Shown here: in pieces, positions 26,201 to 38,605 of the stretch | Position numbering within the stretch: the stretch's first letter is position 1 | Layout: every line of letters begins with the position of its first letter | DNA from: Paramoeba atlantica | Lineage: Eukaryota > Protista > Discosea | Length of the DNA: 64,000 bases | Assembly (NCBI GenBank): GCA_977017575.1 | Contig: CDRNVI010000164.1 | Span: 1 to 64,000, forward strand | Reading direction: 5' to 3' | Position numbers and translations under genes: made by a program | The notes under the pieces: generated by a model | What the model saw: the letters and a program-made list of their open reading frames with translations, nothing else | Told to the model about the DNA's origin: nothing | Database searches by the model: none

Positions 26201-28575
26201 TCCTCTTCTTTGAGTCAGAGAAGAAAGAAGAAGTTTGGAATGAAGAAAAAATCCCAAAGGATCCAAAAAACCGAAATAATGGAAAAAAGTTTACAATTGG
26301 AATTGGGGGGGGAGGAGGAACAACCACTGTCGCACCAAGGTTTGGGTTTGCTGTTGAAAAAGAGGAGGAGGAAGAAGAAGAAGAAGAAAGAGAGAGAGAA
26401 GATGAGGAAGACAAGCCAGAGGAGGAGGAGGAAGTTTTTTGGGGGAAAAAAGAAGAAGAGATAAGTTTTGGAGAAAAGAGAATAATCTCTTTCATTGGAA
26501 TTGTTGTTGAAAAGTCAAAACAACAACAATGTCTCAATTCTTGAGATGATGATGAAAAAGAGATATTTTCTCTATCTTGTAAGGAACCAGGAGGTGGTGG
26601 GGGAGGGGAATTCGAGAAGGAGGAGGAGAAGGGAGAAGAATGAGAAGAATGAGAAGAAGAGTTTGAACAATGTGACTGCTGCTGCTGCTGTTGAGGCAAA
26701 CGAGAAGAACAAGAATAAGAAGAACAAGAAAAAAAAGAACGACTTAAGGCAGAGGAGGAGGAGGAGGGAGACTGTTGCTGCTGCTGCTGCTGATGTTGCT
26801 GAGCATTTGGATCCAAAGTATTCGAACGAGAAGAAATTTGTTGTTGTTGTTGTGGTCCAACAAAAATCTTTGAAGGAGAGGATGATACACTCTGATCAGA
26901 GAGAAGTGTGGTATCACAAAAAGAAAATTTTCTTAAAAAAAAAAATAAGTCAGCGAATTGTTGTGTTTTTTCACAGTGGTCTGACCACTCCTGATCAACA
27001 ATAGGAGGATCATCAGCATCATCATCACTCCAAAAAGTATGTTTTCCACCGTAACTTCCCACTCGAATATGAGAGACATCACATAACTGTAAGGCTTTCA
27101 CAATCAATGAAATCGAAAAATTTTGTGTTTTCCGGATCACACACTTTCGAGGAGAAGATTTTGGAGGAGGAGAAGATTTTTTCGAGGAAAAAGAAGAAGA
27201 GGAGACATCTTCACCATCTCCTTCTTCATCAAATCCAGGTTGAAGGTCGACTGAAAGGACTCCGTAAATATTCAAAAAGTGAACAAAAGCTGTCCGTTTT
27301 GGAAAAGATTGTTCAGTATCAGGAAACCAAAGAAAAACTGGTTGAATAGAGAGGATATTCACGAAGGGATAACGAAATAAAAGAGGATCTTCAGGGAGAG
27401 AACACGAAAAAGAATCAGGTATCAAAAGAGTTGATGGCCCTCCAACAAATAAAGGAAGCTCAGAGACAGGCAGCCAAAAGGTGTAAAAATCTAAATCTAC
27501 CAATCCATCCGCCCATATTGGCAGTTGAGGTAAATCCAGAATGGATTTACCATCACATTCACCATCACCATCACCATCACCATCACCATCACCATCACCA
27601 TCACCATCACCATCACCATCACCATTACCACCAAAAGACTGCTTTGAAGAAGGAAAGTATTCTTCTTCTTCTTTACTTTCTTCTTCTTCTTCCCCTTCCT
27701 CTTTTACTTCTTCAATTGTCCCTTCTTCTTCTTCTTTTTCTCCAAAAAAAGAAGTTACACAGTGGTAGTGGTGTGACTCTTCTTCCTCTTCTTCAGACAA
27801 AGACCGAATAGAATGATCATCACCATCACCATCACCATCACCATCGCCATCATCCATCTTTTTTGGTTCAAAAAAAATTACATCATCATTGTCACTAAAA
27901 ATTTTAAAAAAAACAATAAATTAGAAAAAAAACAAAATGAAAAAAAGAAAAGAAAAGAAAAAAACAATACTTAATAATAAAAAAAAATAAAGAAAAACAA
28001 CACTTAATAAAAAAAATAGATATTTTAGTGTGAACCTGAAAGAAGAAAAAGAGAGTTGTGGAGACGAAACATTAAGTATATGATCTCTTTCTTCTGTTTT
28101 CTCCTCGTTATAACTACTCATCATGAAGAGTAGTGATTCTTCTGTAAAGAAAAAATAAGAAAAAATTTTCTTCATTGTGTTTTTGTTCATTGAACCTTCC
28201 TCCCAACCCAAAACCCAAAGGAGAGAGAGAGAAGAGAGAGAGAGAGAGAGGGAGGTTGAAAGAAAGAAAATAAAATGAAACAGAGATGAGATACCTTTTG
28301 TTTTGAGGGATGATGGCAGTGCTGATGAAAAGGGTGGGATAAGAGATAACCTCCTCTTTTCCTCTTCTTTTGTGTCCTCTCCTCTCATCCTGAAAGATGG
28401 AAGTGGTGATGGTGATAAAACATTCTTCTTTTTCTTAAATGATGATGATTTACAAGAAGAAAAAAACTTCTTTTTATCTCCTCTAGAAAAATTAAGAAAA
28501 AAAAGGTATCATGTTGTTAGAACAAAAATATCTTAACATCATTTTTTTTTGTGACTTTAATTACTTTTTCTATAT

Positions 28576-28608
<33 letters not shown>

Positions 28609-31140
28609 AAAACTGTTGATCAGAAAAAGAAGAATGAGAAGAAGAAGAATGAGAAGAAAAAGAATAATAATCTTCATTATCATTCCTTTTCAAAGGGTTT
28701 TGGGTTCTGCTTTTTTTGTCAGTCTTCTTCTTCTTCTTAGCCACCACCACCAGAGAGGGAGACTGAGAACCATGGGATTGAGAACCAAATTGTTGGGATA
28801 AAAATTGAGATGATGATCGAGACTTAGTTGGCTGAGATGTTGGCCACTTGAAAATTTCTTTCTCCTGAAACACTTCCCTAAACCCAAAATAACATTAGAT
28901 GAAAATAGTTGAATTTAATAAAAAGAAACAAAAAAATTTTAATTTAAAAAAGAACAACAAAGAAAAAATAAAAAAGACCACATCAACACACAACACACAA
29001 CACATAATACACAATCAATCAATCAATCTATCAATCAATCAATCAAAAAAAAATTGAAAACAAACATTCCAGCAGACAATGGAGAAGGCTACCCCTTTTC
29101 TTGCAGAGAACATTGCAGCAAAGAGGATTGGTGAGAAGGGAAAGGAAAAGGGGAAGGAGGAGAAGGGGAAGGGGAAGGCTGCTGATGAGATGGAGAAGGA
29201 GAAGGAGAAGGAGAAGGAGAAGGAGAAGGAGAAGGAGAAGGAGAAAGAGAAGGAGAAGGAGAAGGAGAAGGAGAAGGGGATGATGATAGAGAAGGGGGTG
29301 ATGGAGAAGGAGAAGAAGAAGAAGGAGGAGGAGAATTAGAGATTTTTTTTCGGTGATTTATCTTCTTCTTTTTTGTTTTGAGAGATGGAGCAGGAGAAAG
29401 TTTCTTCTTCAGTTTTTCAACCCCTCCATCATCCACTAAATAAAATCAAAAAAAAAAAAGGAATTGATAAAACTATTTTTCAATAATAAAGAAAAAGAGA
29501 AAAATCAAAAAGTGAACCAGTAGAACAATAATATTGTGGTAGACCATTATCAGTCACAAAGAAGGATCCAGCTTCATCTCTATTCTCACCACAATTTTTC
29601 TGAATGTTCCTTTTTTTAGAATATCCATAAGGGGGAACCTTCCAAAATAGTATTCTTTGTTGATGATAAAAGAAGTTTTTTGAGTCTTCTGAAAGACTTT
29701 TTCTTCGACGATGACAATGATATTGAGATGGTTCAGATGATTGGCAGTGGATTTGTTGTCTTTCTTGGGGGGGGGGGGGGGGGGGAGCATCCAAATCAGC
29801 AACAACAGGATCACCAGCAAGAGCAACAGCAGCAGCAGCAGGAACAGCAACAGGAGCAATAGCAGCAGCAGCAATATTGCTGTTGCTGGAAAGACTTCTC
29901 TTTCGATGAGTGGCACCAAGAGCAGCAACAGGATCACCAACAGCAGCAGCAGTAGCAGCAATAGCAGCAGGAGCAGCAACAGGATCACCAGCAGCAACAG
30001 CAGCAGGAGCCGGAGCAGAAGCAGCAACATTGCTGTTGCCGGAAAGACTTCTCTTTCGATGAGTGGTGCCAGGAGCAGGAGCCGGAGCAGAAGCAGCAAC
30101 ATTGCTGTTGCTGGAAAGACTTCTCTTTCGATGAGTGGCACCAGGAGCAGGAGCCAGAGCAGAAGCAGCAACATTGCTGTTGCTGGAAAGACTTCTCTTT
30201 TGATGAGTGGCGCCAAGAGCAGCAACAGGAGCAGAAGCAGCAACATTGCTGTTGCCGGAAAGACCTCTCTTTCGATGAGTGGCACCAGGAGCAGCAGCAG
30301 GAGCAGAAGCAGCAACATTGCTGTTGCCAGAAAGACTTCTCTTTCGATGAGTGGTGCCAGGAGCAGCAACAGGAGCAGAAGCAGCAACATTGCTGTTGCC
30401 GGAAAGACTTCTCTTTTGATGAGTGGCGCCAGGAGCAGAAGCCGGAGCAGAAGCAGCAACATTGCTGTTGCTGGAAAGACCTTTCTTTCAATGAGTGGCA
30501 CCAGGAGCAGCAGCAGGAGCAGAAGCAGCAACATTGCTGTTGCTGGAAAGACTTCTCTTTTGATGAGTGGCACCAGGAGCAGCAACAGGAGCAGAAGCAG
30601 CAACATTGCTGTTGCCGGAAAGACCTCTCTTTCGATGAGTGGCACCAGGAGCAGCAGCAGGAGCAGAAGCAGCAACATTGCTGTTGCCAGAAAGACTTCT
30701 CTTTCGATGAGTGGTGCCAGGAGCAGCAACAGGAGCAGAAGCAGCAACATTGCTGTTGCCGGAAAGACTTCTCTTTTGATGAGTGGCGCCAGGAGCAGAA
30801 GCCGGAGCAGAAGCAGCAACATTGCTGTTGCTGGAAAGACCTTTCTTTCAATGAGTGGCACCAGGAGCAGCAGCAGGAGCAGAAGCAGCAACATTGCTGT
30901 TGCTGGAAAGACTTCTCTTTTGATGAGTGGCACCAGGAGCAGCAACAGGAGCAGAAGCAGCAACATTGCTGTTGCCGGAAAGACCTCTCTTTCGATGAGT
31001 GGCACCAGGAGCAGCAACAGGAGCAGAAGCAGCAACATTGCTGTTGCTGGAAAGACTTCTCTTTTGATGAGTGGCACCAGAAGCAGCAACAGCAGCAGCA
31101 GCAGCAGCATTATTACAAGAAACACTTTTTTTTTTGCCTA
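23244..31140 (-). CDS. Large multi-exon gene of unknown function, possibly pseudogenised; last exon is an uninterrupted 1537-codon frame
   Basis: ORF 23244..27857 has ordered blocks between S/E/Q tracts (MVKIYSPILHF, GGVRIEIRIFG, CVFC...C...H). Upstream exons with GT-AG borders lie near 28050-28550, 28690-28890, 29050-29436 and 29515-31140. In-frame stops at 30488, 30848 and about 29086. Confidence 0.6.
27560..27625. repeat. (CACCAT)n microsatellite, Gly-Asp repeat on the minus strand
   Basis: About 11 hexamer units. Confidence 0.9.
29862..31100 (-). repeat. 72-bp coding minisatellite (about 17 units) with a 360-bp higher-order duplication
   Basis: Unit CAACATTGCTGTTGCCGGAAAGAC...GAGCAGAAGCAG. 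Sequence lines 30241-30600 and 30601-30960 are identical. The likely frame encodes NVAASAPVAAPGATHRKRSLSGNS. Confidence 0.95.
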
Positions 31141-31886
31141 AAGAAAGGGTTATCAGAAGAAAAAAAAAGGAAAAAGGGGGTAGTTAAGAGAGGAGAGAGA
31201 AAAGAAAGGGTTTAAAGTCAGATTTAAAAAAACCAACCTTGATAGTTCAACATATTCAGAACCAAAAAAAAACTGAAATAAGAGCGCAGGGGGAGAGTGG
31301 TACAAAAAATACTAAAACGAAAGGATAAAATCGTTTCTCTAAAGAAAGAGTAAAAAAAAAAAAAAAAAGAAAATGTTCTTTTCTTTTTCGCCCAACAAAA
31401 AATAAAAAAAAATGAGTTTTTTTGTTGTGCAAGTGAAAACTCAAGAATAAAAAAAATCACAATCCCAAGGGAATACAACAATTCAGACTATTTAAAAAAA
31501 AAACTATTTGAAAATTCATACCTCTTTTATTTTGTGACATAAAAAAGTTCTTTTTGAATTCAAAAAAGTTCACAGAAATTTCATTTGTAGAGTGAGCGAG
31601 TGAGTGTGACACCACATAAATCAAAAACTCTCTGAAAAAATCACTAAAACCAAAAATTAAAAAAAGATCCTTTTCACTATCAAAATGAGTTAAAATAAAT
31701 CAAACCAAAAAGGAATCATCCCTTCCAAAGCGTGTGGTGTGTGTTTTTGTGTTCTCTATTCTCTCTATTCTCTTTGCTTCCTTATTTTTCCTTCCATCCT
31801 ACATTCTTTTCATTTGGTTTCCTTTTCTTTTTTTTCATTATTTTTGATTCTTTGTAATAACATATTTTTGTTTCATTACGACAAGT

Positions 31887-31933
31887 ATGATGAAACAAGC
31901 GAAGATTGATTTTCAATCGAACCATCAACAACC

Positions 31934-31964
<31 letters not shown>

Positions 31965-34900
31965 CCACAACAATCGCAACTCCAACTACAACCACAACAA
32001 CAACAACAATCGCAACTACAGAATCCACAACAGGGGGATTCTGTTTCCCTCTCTCAACAAGATGCAGCAACACCAACAATCCGAACAATGACAGAAATAA
32101 TTCAAGAACAAAATATTGAAAAAAAAGTCGAATACCTCAAAACATTTTGGACAATTCCATCAAGAGGATCTGCAACACAAAACAAAGAAACCCTTCCAAC
32201 ACATCTCCAAGAACTTGAAAATGAATCCATGATTGAGATATTAGCAAGTCAATATTATGATGATCCGGTAATTATGGTTGATTATGGTTGTTGATTGTTA
32301 TGGTTGTTGTGTGGTTGTATGTAATTGTGGTTGTTGTGGTTGTAGTTGTGGTTGTTGTTTGTTGTTTGGTTGTTGTTGTTTTTTGTTTGGGGAAGGGAAA
32401 AAAAGAGCACCAGAGGTTTGTTTGTTTGTTTTTTTGGCGAGGAAATCTTCTTTTCAGCAAAAAAAAATTCGCGAATTTTTTTGTTTTTTGTTTTGTTTTT
32501 TGTTTGTTTTTTGTTTTTTGTTTTTTGTTTTTTCTGTCAGCAGTTTGAGAAAAGAAAGAAGAAAATTTCTTCAGAAAGAATGAAATGAAGAGAATATTAT
32601 TATAACTCTTTCAGTATTTTTTTTATTTATCTTTTTTTTCTTTTCAAAAACAAACACTTAGGAAGTGAATTCACGATGCATAAGCTCTGAAAAGGAACAA
32701 AATGCATTGAGACAATCACTTTCTCAAAGCGGATGGAATTTGGGTTTGCTTGGTCTTTTTTGTTTTGCTAAAAAAACGAATTGTGATGGAAACAAAGAAA
32801 TTCGAGTGACAAATGAAAATCTTGTAATGTTTTCTGCAATTGATGGGCGACACCGTTGTCTCGTTTTGAAGGTATTTTTCTTTTTTTTTTCAATGTTCTT
32901 TCAAGAGTGCAAGAAAGGGGAGTGTTTCTTGTTGGGGGGGGGGTGTTGTTGTGATTTGGTTTTTTTTGTGTTGTGGGTTTTGGGTTTTGGGTTTGTGTTT
33001 ATGGATATATTTTTATAGGAGTGGAATTCCATACTTTCAACAACATGCTTTTTTTTTGTTTTGTTTTGTGTGTTGTGTTGTAGAAGGATAAAATAATACA
33101 ACACCAATAATGCACAACAACAACCTTTAAAAACCCCATTAATTACCCTATCCCCACCTGGTTATTGACCCCCCTTTTTTTTCTCTAAATTCTCTGATTT
33201 ATAGAATTTGAGTTTTACTCATAATGATGTTTTGGGTTCAGAAACAACACCCTTCTTTCCTCTTTCTGCTTCCTCCTCCTTATCATTTCTTACTTCTTCT
33301 TCTCTTTCTTCTTTTTCTTTTTCTCCTTCTTCTTCTTCTTCTTCTTCTTCTTCTTCTTCTTCTTCTTCTTCTTCTTCTTCTTCTTCTTCTTCTTCTTCTT
33401 CTTCTTCTTCTTCTTCATTGTACAAGAAGTTTCGAACCATTTGCCGAGGGAGATGGTGGTCTTTTACGAACTTTAATTCTGAACCACAACAAAAACTATT
33501 TTTTCTTTTTGAAGGGATTGCTTCAACAAACCGAAATGTTTTTGTTCAATGGACATTATTGGATTTTGTTCGTGCAATTCGAAAAATTCGACAAAATTTT
33601 GAAAGGGCTGATTTTGAAGAAGAAGAAGAAGAAAAGGGAGGAGGAGATAGCAGAGGAGATGATAGCAATAAGGCTGGTGAGTTGAAAGACAGTGAGGAGA
33701 AGGCTGAGGAGAAGACTGAGGAGGAGAAGAAGACTGAGGAGGAGGAGGAGGAAGGAGGGAAGAGGAGAAAAACAAAGAAAAAAAAAAAGAAAAAAAAGAA
33801 AAAAAAGAAAATGACAGAAAATTTTTTAAAAAAACTTTTGCAGTTAGAACACACCTCATCAAAACAAACACTTCTTCGGATGGCTAATACAATTTTAAAT
33901 TCTGCCGGAATGGAGTCTCAAATGATTTGATATTTAGTTCAGAGTGATTTGATTGTTGAAGAGAAAGGAGAAGGAGAAGGAGAAAGAGGAGAAGGAAAAG
34001 GAAGACGAGATTCAAAGGTTTTTTATTTTTTATTAATTTTAAAATATTTAAAGAATATCCTTATTTTTTTAATTTAAACCCCTCCCATAAAAAAGCCAAC
34101 AACCCTCTTTTTTTCTTTTTTCTTTTTCTTTTCTTTCTTTATTGCAAATATTAATTTGAAGAAAAAACTCTTCTCTTCTCTCTCTTCTCTCTCTTCTCTT
34201 TTCTTCTTTCTTCTCTTATTTCTCTCTTTTCTCTTCCCTCTTTCTCTCATTTCTCTTTTTTCTCTCTTCTCTTCTCTTTTCTTCTCCCGGCAGGGTTCTC
34301 TTCTCCCGGGTTCTCTTCTCCCTGGTTCTCCTATCTATCTCTTCTTTCCTTTTCTTTTTTTTTTTAGAAAGTAGATTTTGTTTTAAATGTACTTGAATTT
34401 TGGAGAGTTCTTCATTCGAGCACATATAAAGATATTTTTTATCGTGGCTTTTTTATGTGTGGACCTGTACAACAACAACAACACACCACCACCACCACCA
34501 CCACCACCACCACCACCACAATGTCTCCTTTTGTGGGTGTTGGTTCTCCTATCTCGTCTTCAGAGCATCCATCGTTATCATTGCCATCGCTATCATCCTC
34601 CTGTTTCTTTGCTCAAAACGATCAAAAGAGAACTGAATTTCTTCAATTTTGTGCTTCCAATCTAAAGCGTGTGAGTTCAAAATCAAGTATTGGTTTATTT
34701 CATCAGAAATTTAAAGAAATTTTTATCCCAGAAGATGCTCAAAATTTCATTTTAACTGGCCCTCTTCCGATGAACATCATTAATCGAAACTGTCGAAAAG
34801 GTTTATCTTTCATTTTTTTTCTTCTTTTTTTTTCTCTCTAATTAGAAAAGAACCACACAAAACATACAACACACAACACAACACAACACAACACAACACA

Positions 34901-35405
34901 ACACAACACAACACAACACAACACAACACAACACAACACAACTACAAAAAAAAAACCTGTGGCTGCTCTGTTGTGCTTTATTCATTTTTTAAGAAATAAT
35001 TTTATTAATTATTTTAAATAATTTTAATAGATACGAAACAACAACAACAACCTGCCAAAACTACTAATAGTATCATTGAGGGAGATGGTGGTGACAATGA
35101 GATTATTGTTATTTCTGATGATGAAGTTTTTTCATTGTCACCAGTAATAATAAGTTGTTTGAAGAGTGGTGATGATAAGGAAGAAGAAGAGAAGGAAAGG
35201 GAAAGAGAAAGTGTTTCGGATGATAGTAAAGAAGAAAAGAGAGATGATAAAGAAGAAAAAGAAACTGCTGAGGAAAAGAAAAAAGAAAGAGAGAAGAAAA
35301 AGGGAGAAAGAGAACAACATACTACTGCCACCACAACATCATTATTATCGTTTCTATACCAAAAAATAATCCACTTTTACCTTTTCAATATTTTATCACT
35401 ACAAG

Positions 35406-35464
<59 letters not shown>

Positions 35465-37962
35465 AACTCTTTTTCTTCTTCTTCTTTGAACTACCATTGT
35501 AACATCGTCACTTCTTTAAAAAAAAAGAAGCATTACAAAAAGTTCGATAAAATGATAAAAGAAATTTCTTTTCACGGTTTTAGTTATCTCTCAACCCAAC
35601 CTGCCAGTCTCTCTTTGAAGCATTCTTCTTCTTCTTCTTCTTCTTCATTAGATGGAAATAAAAACCCCTCAATTACCATCGTATCATCGATCGAAGACTT
35701 GCTTGCTGAGGTAACTACTATTTATCTATCTCTCTTCTCTCTCTCTTGGTTAAAAAATCATTTTTTTTATTTAAAATGATTGAAATTTTTTTTTAAAAAA
35801 AGGAAAAAAAGAAAAAACATATCGATATTATCTTTTTTAGTTCTTTTACCAATGATGGTGATGATAAAAGAGTTGCAACTGCTGGTTTTGAACTGGTTTT
35901 TTATTTTCTTATTTTCTCATTTTATTTATATTTATTTAAAAATTATTTATTTTTTATCTTTTCTTTTCTCTAAACCCAAATCATATTGGTCTTTCTAAAA
36001 TCCCCTTTCTTCCACCCAACACCCTAACACCCTAAAACCCTAACCTCAGTTGTACGAACTTCAAAATTTTACCAACTTGCTTAACATTATCAAAGAAATG
36101 AATAAGTTAATTGTTTTCTTTGTTCCATTGAGTCGCTTTGAATTCACTCTCAATCAATTAAACAAAAAACAAATTTTAATTGATTCAATTTGGTTATTTT
36201 TTTATTTATTTTTCCCACCAAATCCAAACACACACACACATAATACAACAATACTCTCTTCTTCTGAACTCTCTTCTGAACACATGTGTCACCCTAAACC
36301 CTCTTTTCTTTTCTTTCTCTCTCTCTCTCTCTCTCTTCTTTTTATATGTAACTCTTCCTCTCCTTCTCCTCTCCCTCCTTCTCTCTTTTCTCTCTTTTCT
36401 CTCTTTCTCTCTCTTCTTTCTCTCTCTTTCTTTCTCTCTTTTCTTTCTCTCTTTCTTTTTCTCTTTCTTTCTCTCTTTCTCTCAGTTTCATTCATTTGAA
36501 GCAAAACAACACCCAAAAAAGCAAAGAAGAAAAATGTTGTAACAAAAATTACAATTCTTTACCAATTTGGGTTTTGATTTATTCCCGAGAACCAAACGTA
36601 AAAAAGACAACGAAAGATGTTCTGTTCCAATGTCGTTATCAGAATATTGTAAAAGATGGTAATTTTGCCCAGTGGCTGCAAGGAAGAGAAAAAGTAAGAA
36701 TGTCGTTCGAGAATGTTGTTATTCAAATGAAAAGTTATTCGTTTCAACGTAGTGATGGTGGTCGTAAAATGATTTCTTACTTTATTGAGTCTGCTGTTCT
36801 GTGCCATATTCATTATCTTTTGAATGAATGTTTTTGCCCTACATCTCGAAATTTACATGTATGGGACCTTTGTGGTCAAGTTTGCCCCCAAAAAGACTTA
36901 TGGGGACATTTCCAGTGGAAGTCAATCTCAATATTGAGTTCTTCCCCTCAATCTCTTGCTGATTTTCTCGAAATTGATAAATTAGTGGACACTCCTCTTC
37001 ACAAATGTGGTGGTGGTCAACAACAACAACAACAACAACAAACAAAAGAGTTCTTTTCCTCTCTTTTCGTGGAGAATGAAGCGAAAGTGAGTCGTTTGGA
37101 TGACGATAGTGATGAATATGATGGTGATGAAGAAGAAACTGACATGCATTCTTTTATTAATGATTCTAATGAGGAGGAGGGGGAAGAGGAAGAAGGAGAA
37201 GGAGAGAAAGGAGGAGGAGGAGAAAGAGAAGAAGATGAGAAGACAAGAGGAGAGAAGAAGACAGAAGAAGAGAGAGTTGAACAAGAAGAAGAAGAGAAGA
37301 GGATTGAGGGAAAAAAAGAGAAAAAGAAACAAAAGGAGGACCAACAGTTGGTTGAGAAAGAAAAAGAAAAAGAGAAAAGAGAAAAAGAGAAAAGAGAAGA
37401 AAAAGAGAAAAGAGAAAAGAGAAAAAGAAAAAGAGAAAAAGAAGAAAAAGAAAAAGAAAAAGAAGAAAAAGAACAAGAAAAAGAAAAAGAAAAAGAAGAA
37501 AAAGAAAAAGAAAAAGAAGAAGAAAAAGAAAAAAAAAAAGAAAAAGAAGAAGAAAAAGAAAAAGAAAAAGAAAAAGAAAAAGAAAAAGAAAAAGAAAAAG
37601 AAAAAGAAAAAGAAAAAGAAAAAGAAAAAGAAAAAAAAGAAACAGAAAAAGGAACCAGGGCCAAGAAGTCTTTTCGTCATGCAAAAAGGGGGAAGGGAAT
37701 CCCTCACAAAACTTCTTCAATTTTTTCATCTTCTATTCAAACACTCTCTTCAGTTCCTTCTTCTTCGTCTTCTTCTTCTTCTTCTTTTTTGTCTCAACCA
37801 CCTCTCTCTTCTCGAAAACGACTTGCTTCTACAAACCTCTCTCCTCAAAACCAAGAAAAGAGAAAAAAGAAGATAAGAGAAGAAGAAGAAAAAAGAAAGA
37901 AAATGAGTGTGAGAAAGAAAAGTGGGAAAAAAAGGGAGGAAGTTCCTCGGATTGATTCTTAG
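31887..37962 (+). CDS. Multi-exon gene: ParB/Srx-like N-terminal domain plus degenerate amino-methyltransferase-like C-terminal region; at least one in-frame TGA
   Basis: AIDGRHRCLVLK (32836-32870) and IASTNRNVFVQWTLLDFVRAI are ParB-like. Later exons read LIVFFVPL...LIDSIWLF, PIWVLIYSR, FENVV and LHVWDLCG...KSISI, in the order of beta-class MTase motifs. TGA at 33928-33930. GT-AG introns. Confidence 0.5.
33325..33417. repeat. (TCT)n microsatellite, poly-Ser in the ParB-like gene
   Basis: About 30 perfect TCT units. Confidence 0.95.
35405..35465. repeat. (CAA)n microsatellite, poly-Gln
   Basis: About 20 CAA units in ORF 35135..35779. Confidence 0.95.
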
Positions 37963-38556
37963 AAAAGTTTTTGTTGGGAAGGGGGGGAGGGGTAGAAAGT
38001 TTAGTGTCTGGTGGTTTTTTTTTTTTTAACTTTGTTGTTTTTATCTCTTTCTCTCTTTAATTTTTTTGGTTGAAAAAAAAAATAAAAATTAATAAAAATT
38101 AAAAAAAAAAAATAAAAATAAAAAAAAATTAAAAAATTAAAAAATCAAAGATTTTTTCTTGTTTCTTGTTTCATCTTTTATTAAAGCCTTCTCCTCCTCC
38201 CTCCTTCCCTCCTCTCTCTATATGTCTAATTAGGGTTGTGCAAAAAATATAAGGTTGTTTGATGTCAACAACACTCGTTCAAAAACTTGATTGATTCCAC
38301 ACTAATTTAGATGGATCAAAAATCGAGTCATGGTATTGAGTTAAAAAACTGCCCGCCTCAACAACACACTAATATCACACTCCTTATGACTGCGTATTTT
38401 TGTGTGAAACACCCTGAACAGTCTGTCAATAAAATTAGAGATATAATCACCCTAATCGGATAAGAATAATTATTATGCCTTGCTCATCCTCATGCTATCC
38501 CAAATTAAGAAAATCAAAAAAAAACCTTTTTTGAGCCCTTTTATCCAGAAGAAATG

Positions 38557-38589
<33 letters not shown>

Positions 38590-38605
<16 letters not shown>

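Noticed and set aside
22828-28135. CACTACTCT (22828) and AGAGTAGTG (28127-28135) as CACTA termini
   Set aside because: Only a 9-bp match, the flanks are not duplicated, and the right copy lies inside an exon-like region.
29554-31141. ORFs 29554..31125 (poly-Leu), 29741..31141 (Ser/Arg-rich) and 29985..30851 (Cys-rich) as real proteins
   Set aside because: They are alternative frames of the 72-bp repeat; the frame continuous with the complex downstream exon is a different one.
33115-33180. Inverted similarity to 58556-58622 (GGTGGGG.TAGGGT, TGGGGTTTTT) as element TIRs
   Set aside because: Short, gapped, low-complexity match, and this copy lies within an intron of the ParB-like gene.
38221-38520. 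Complex island readable as a minus-strand frame with only TAA/TAG stops
   Set aside because: Six stops in about 95 codons is compatible with chance in AT-rich DNA, and no motif was recognised.
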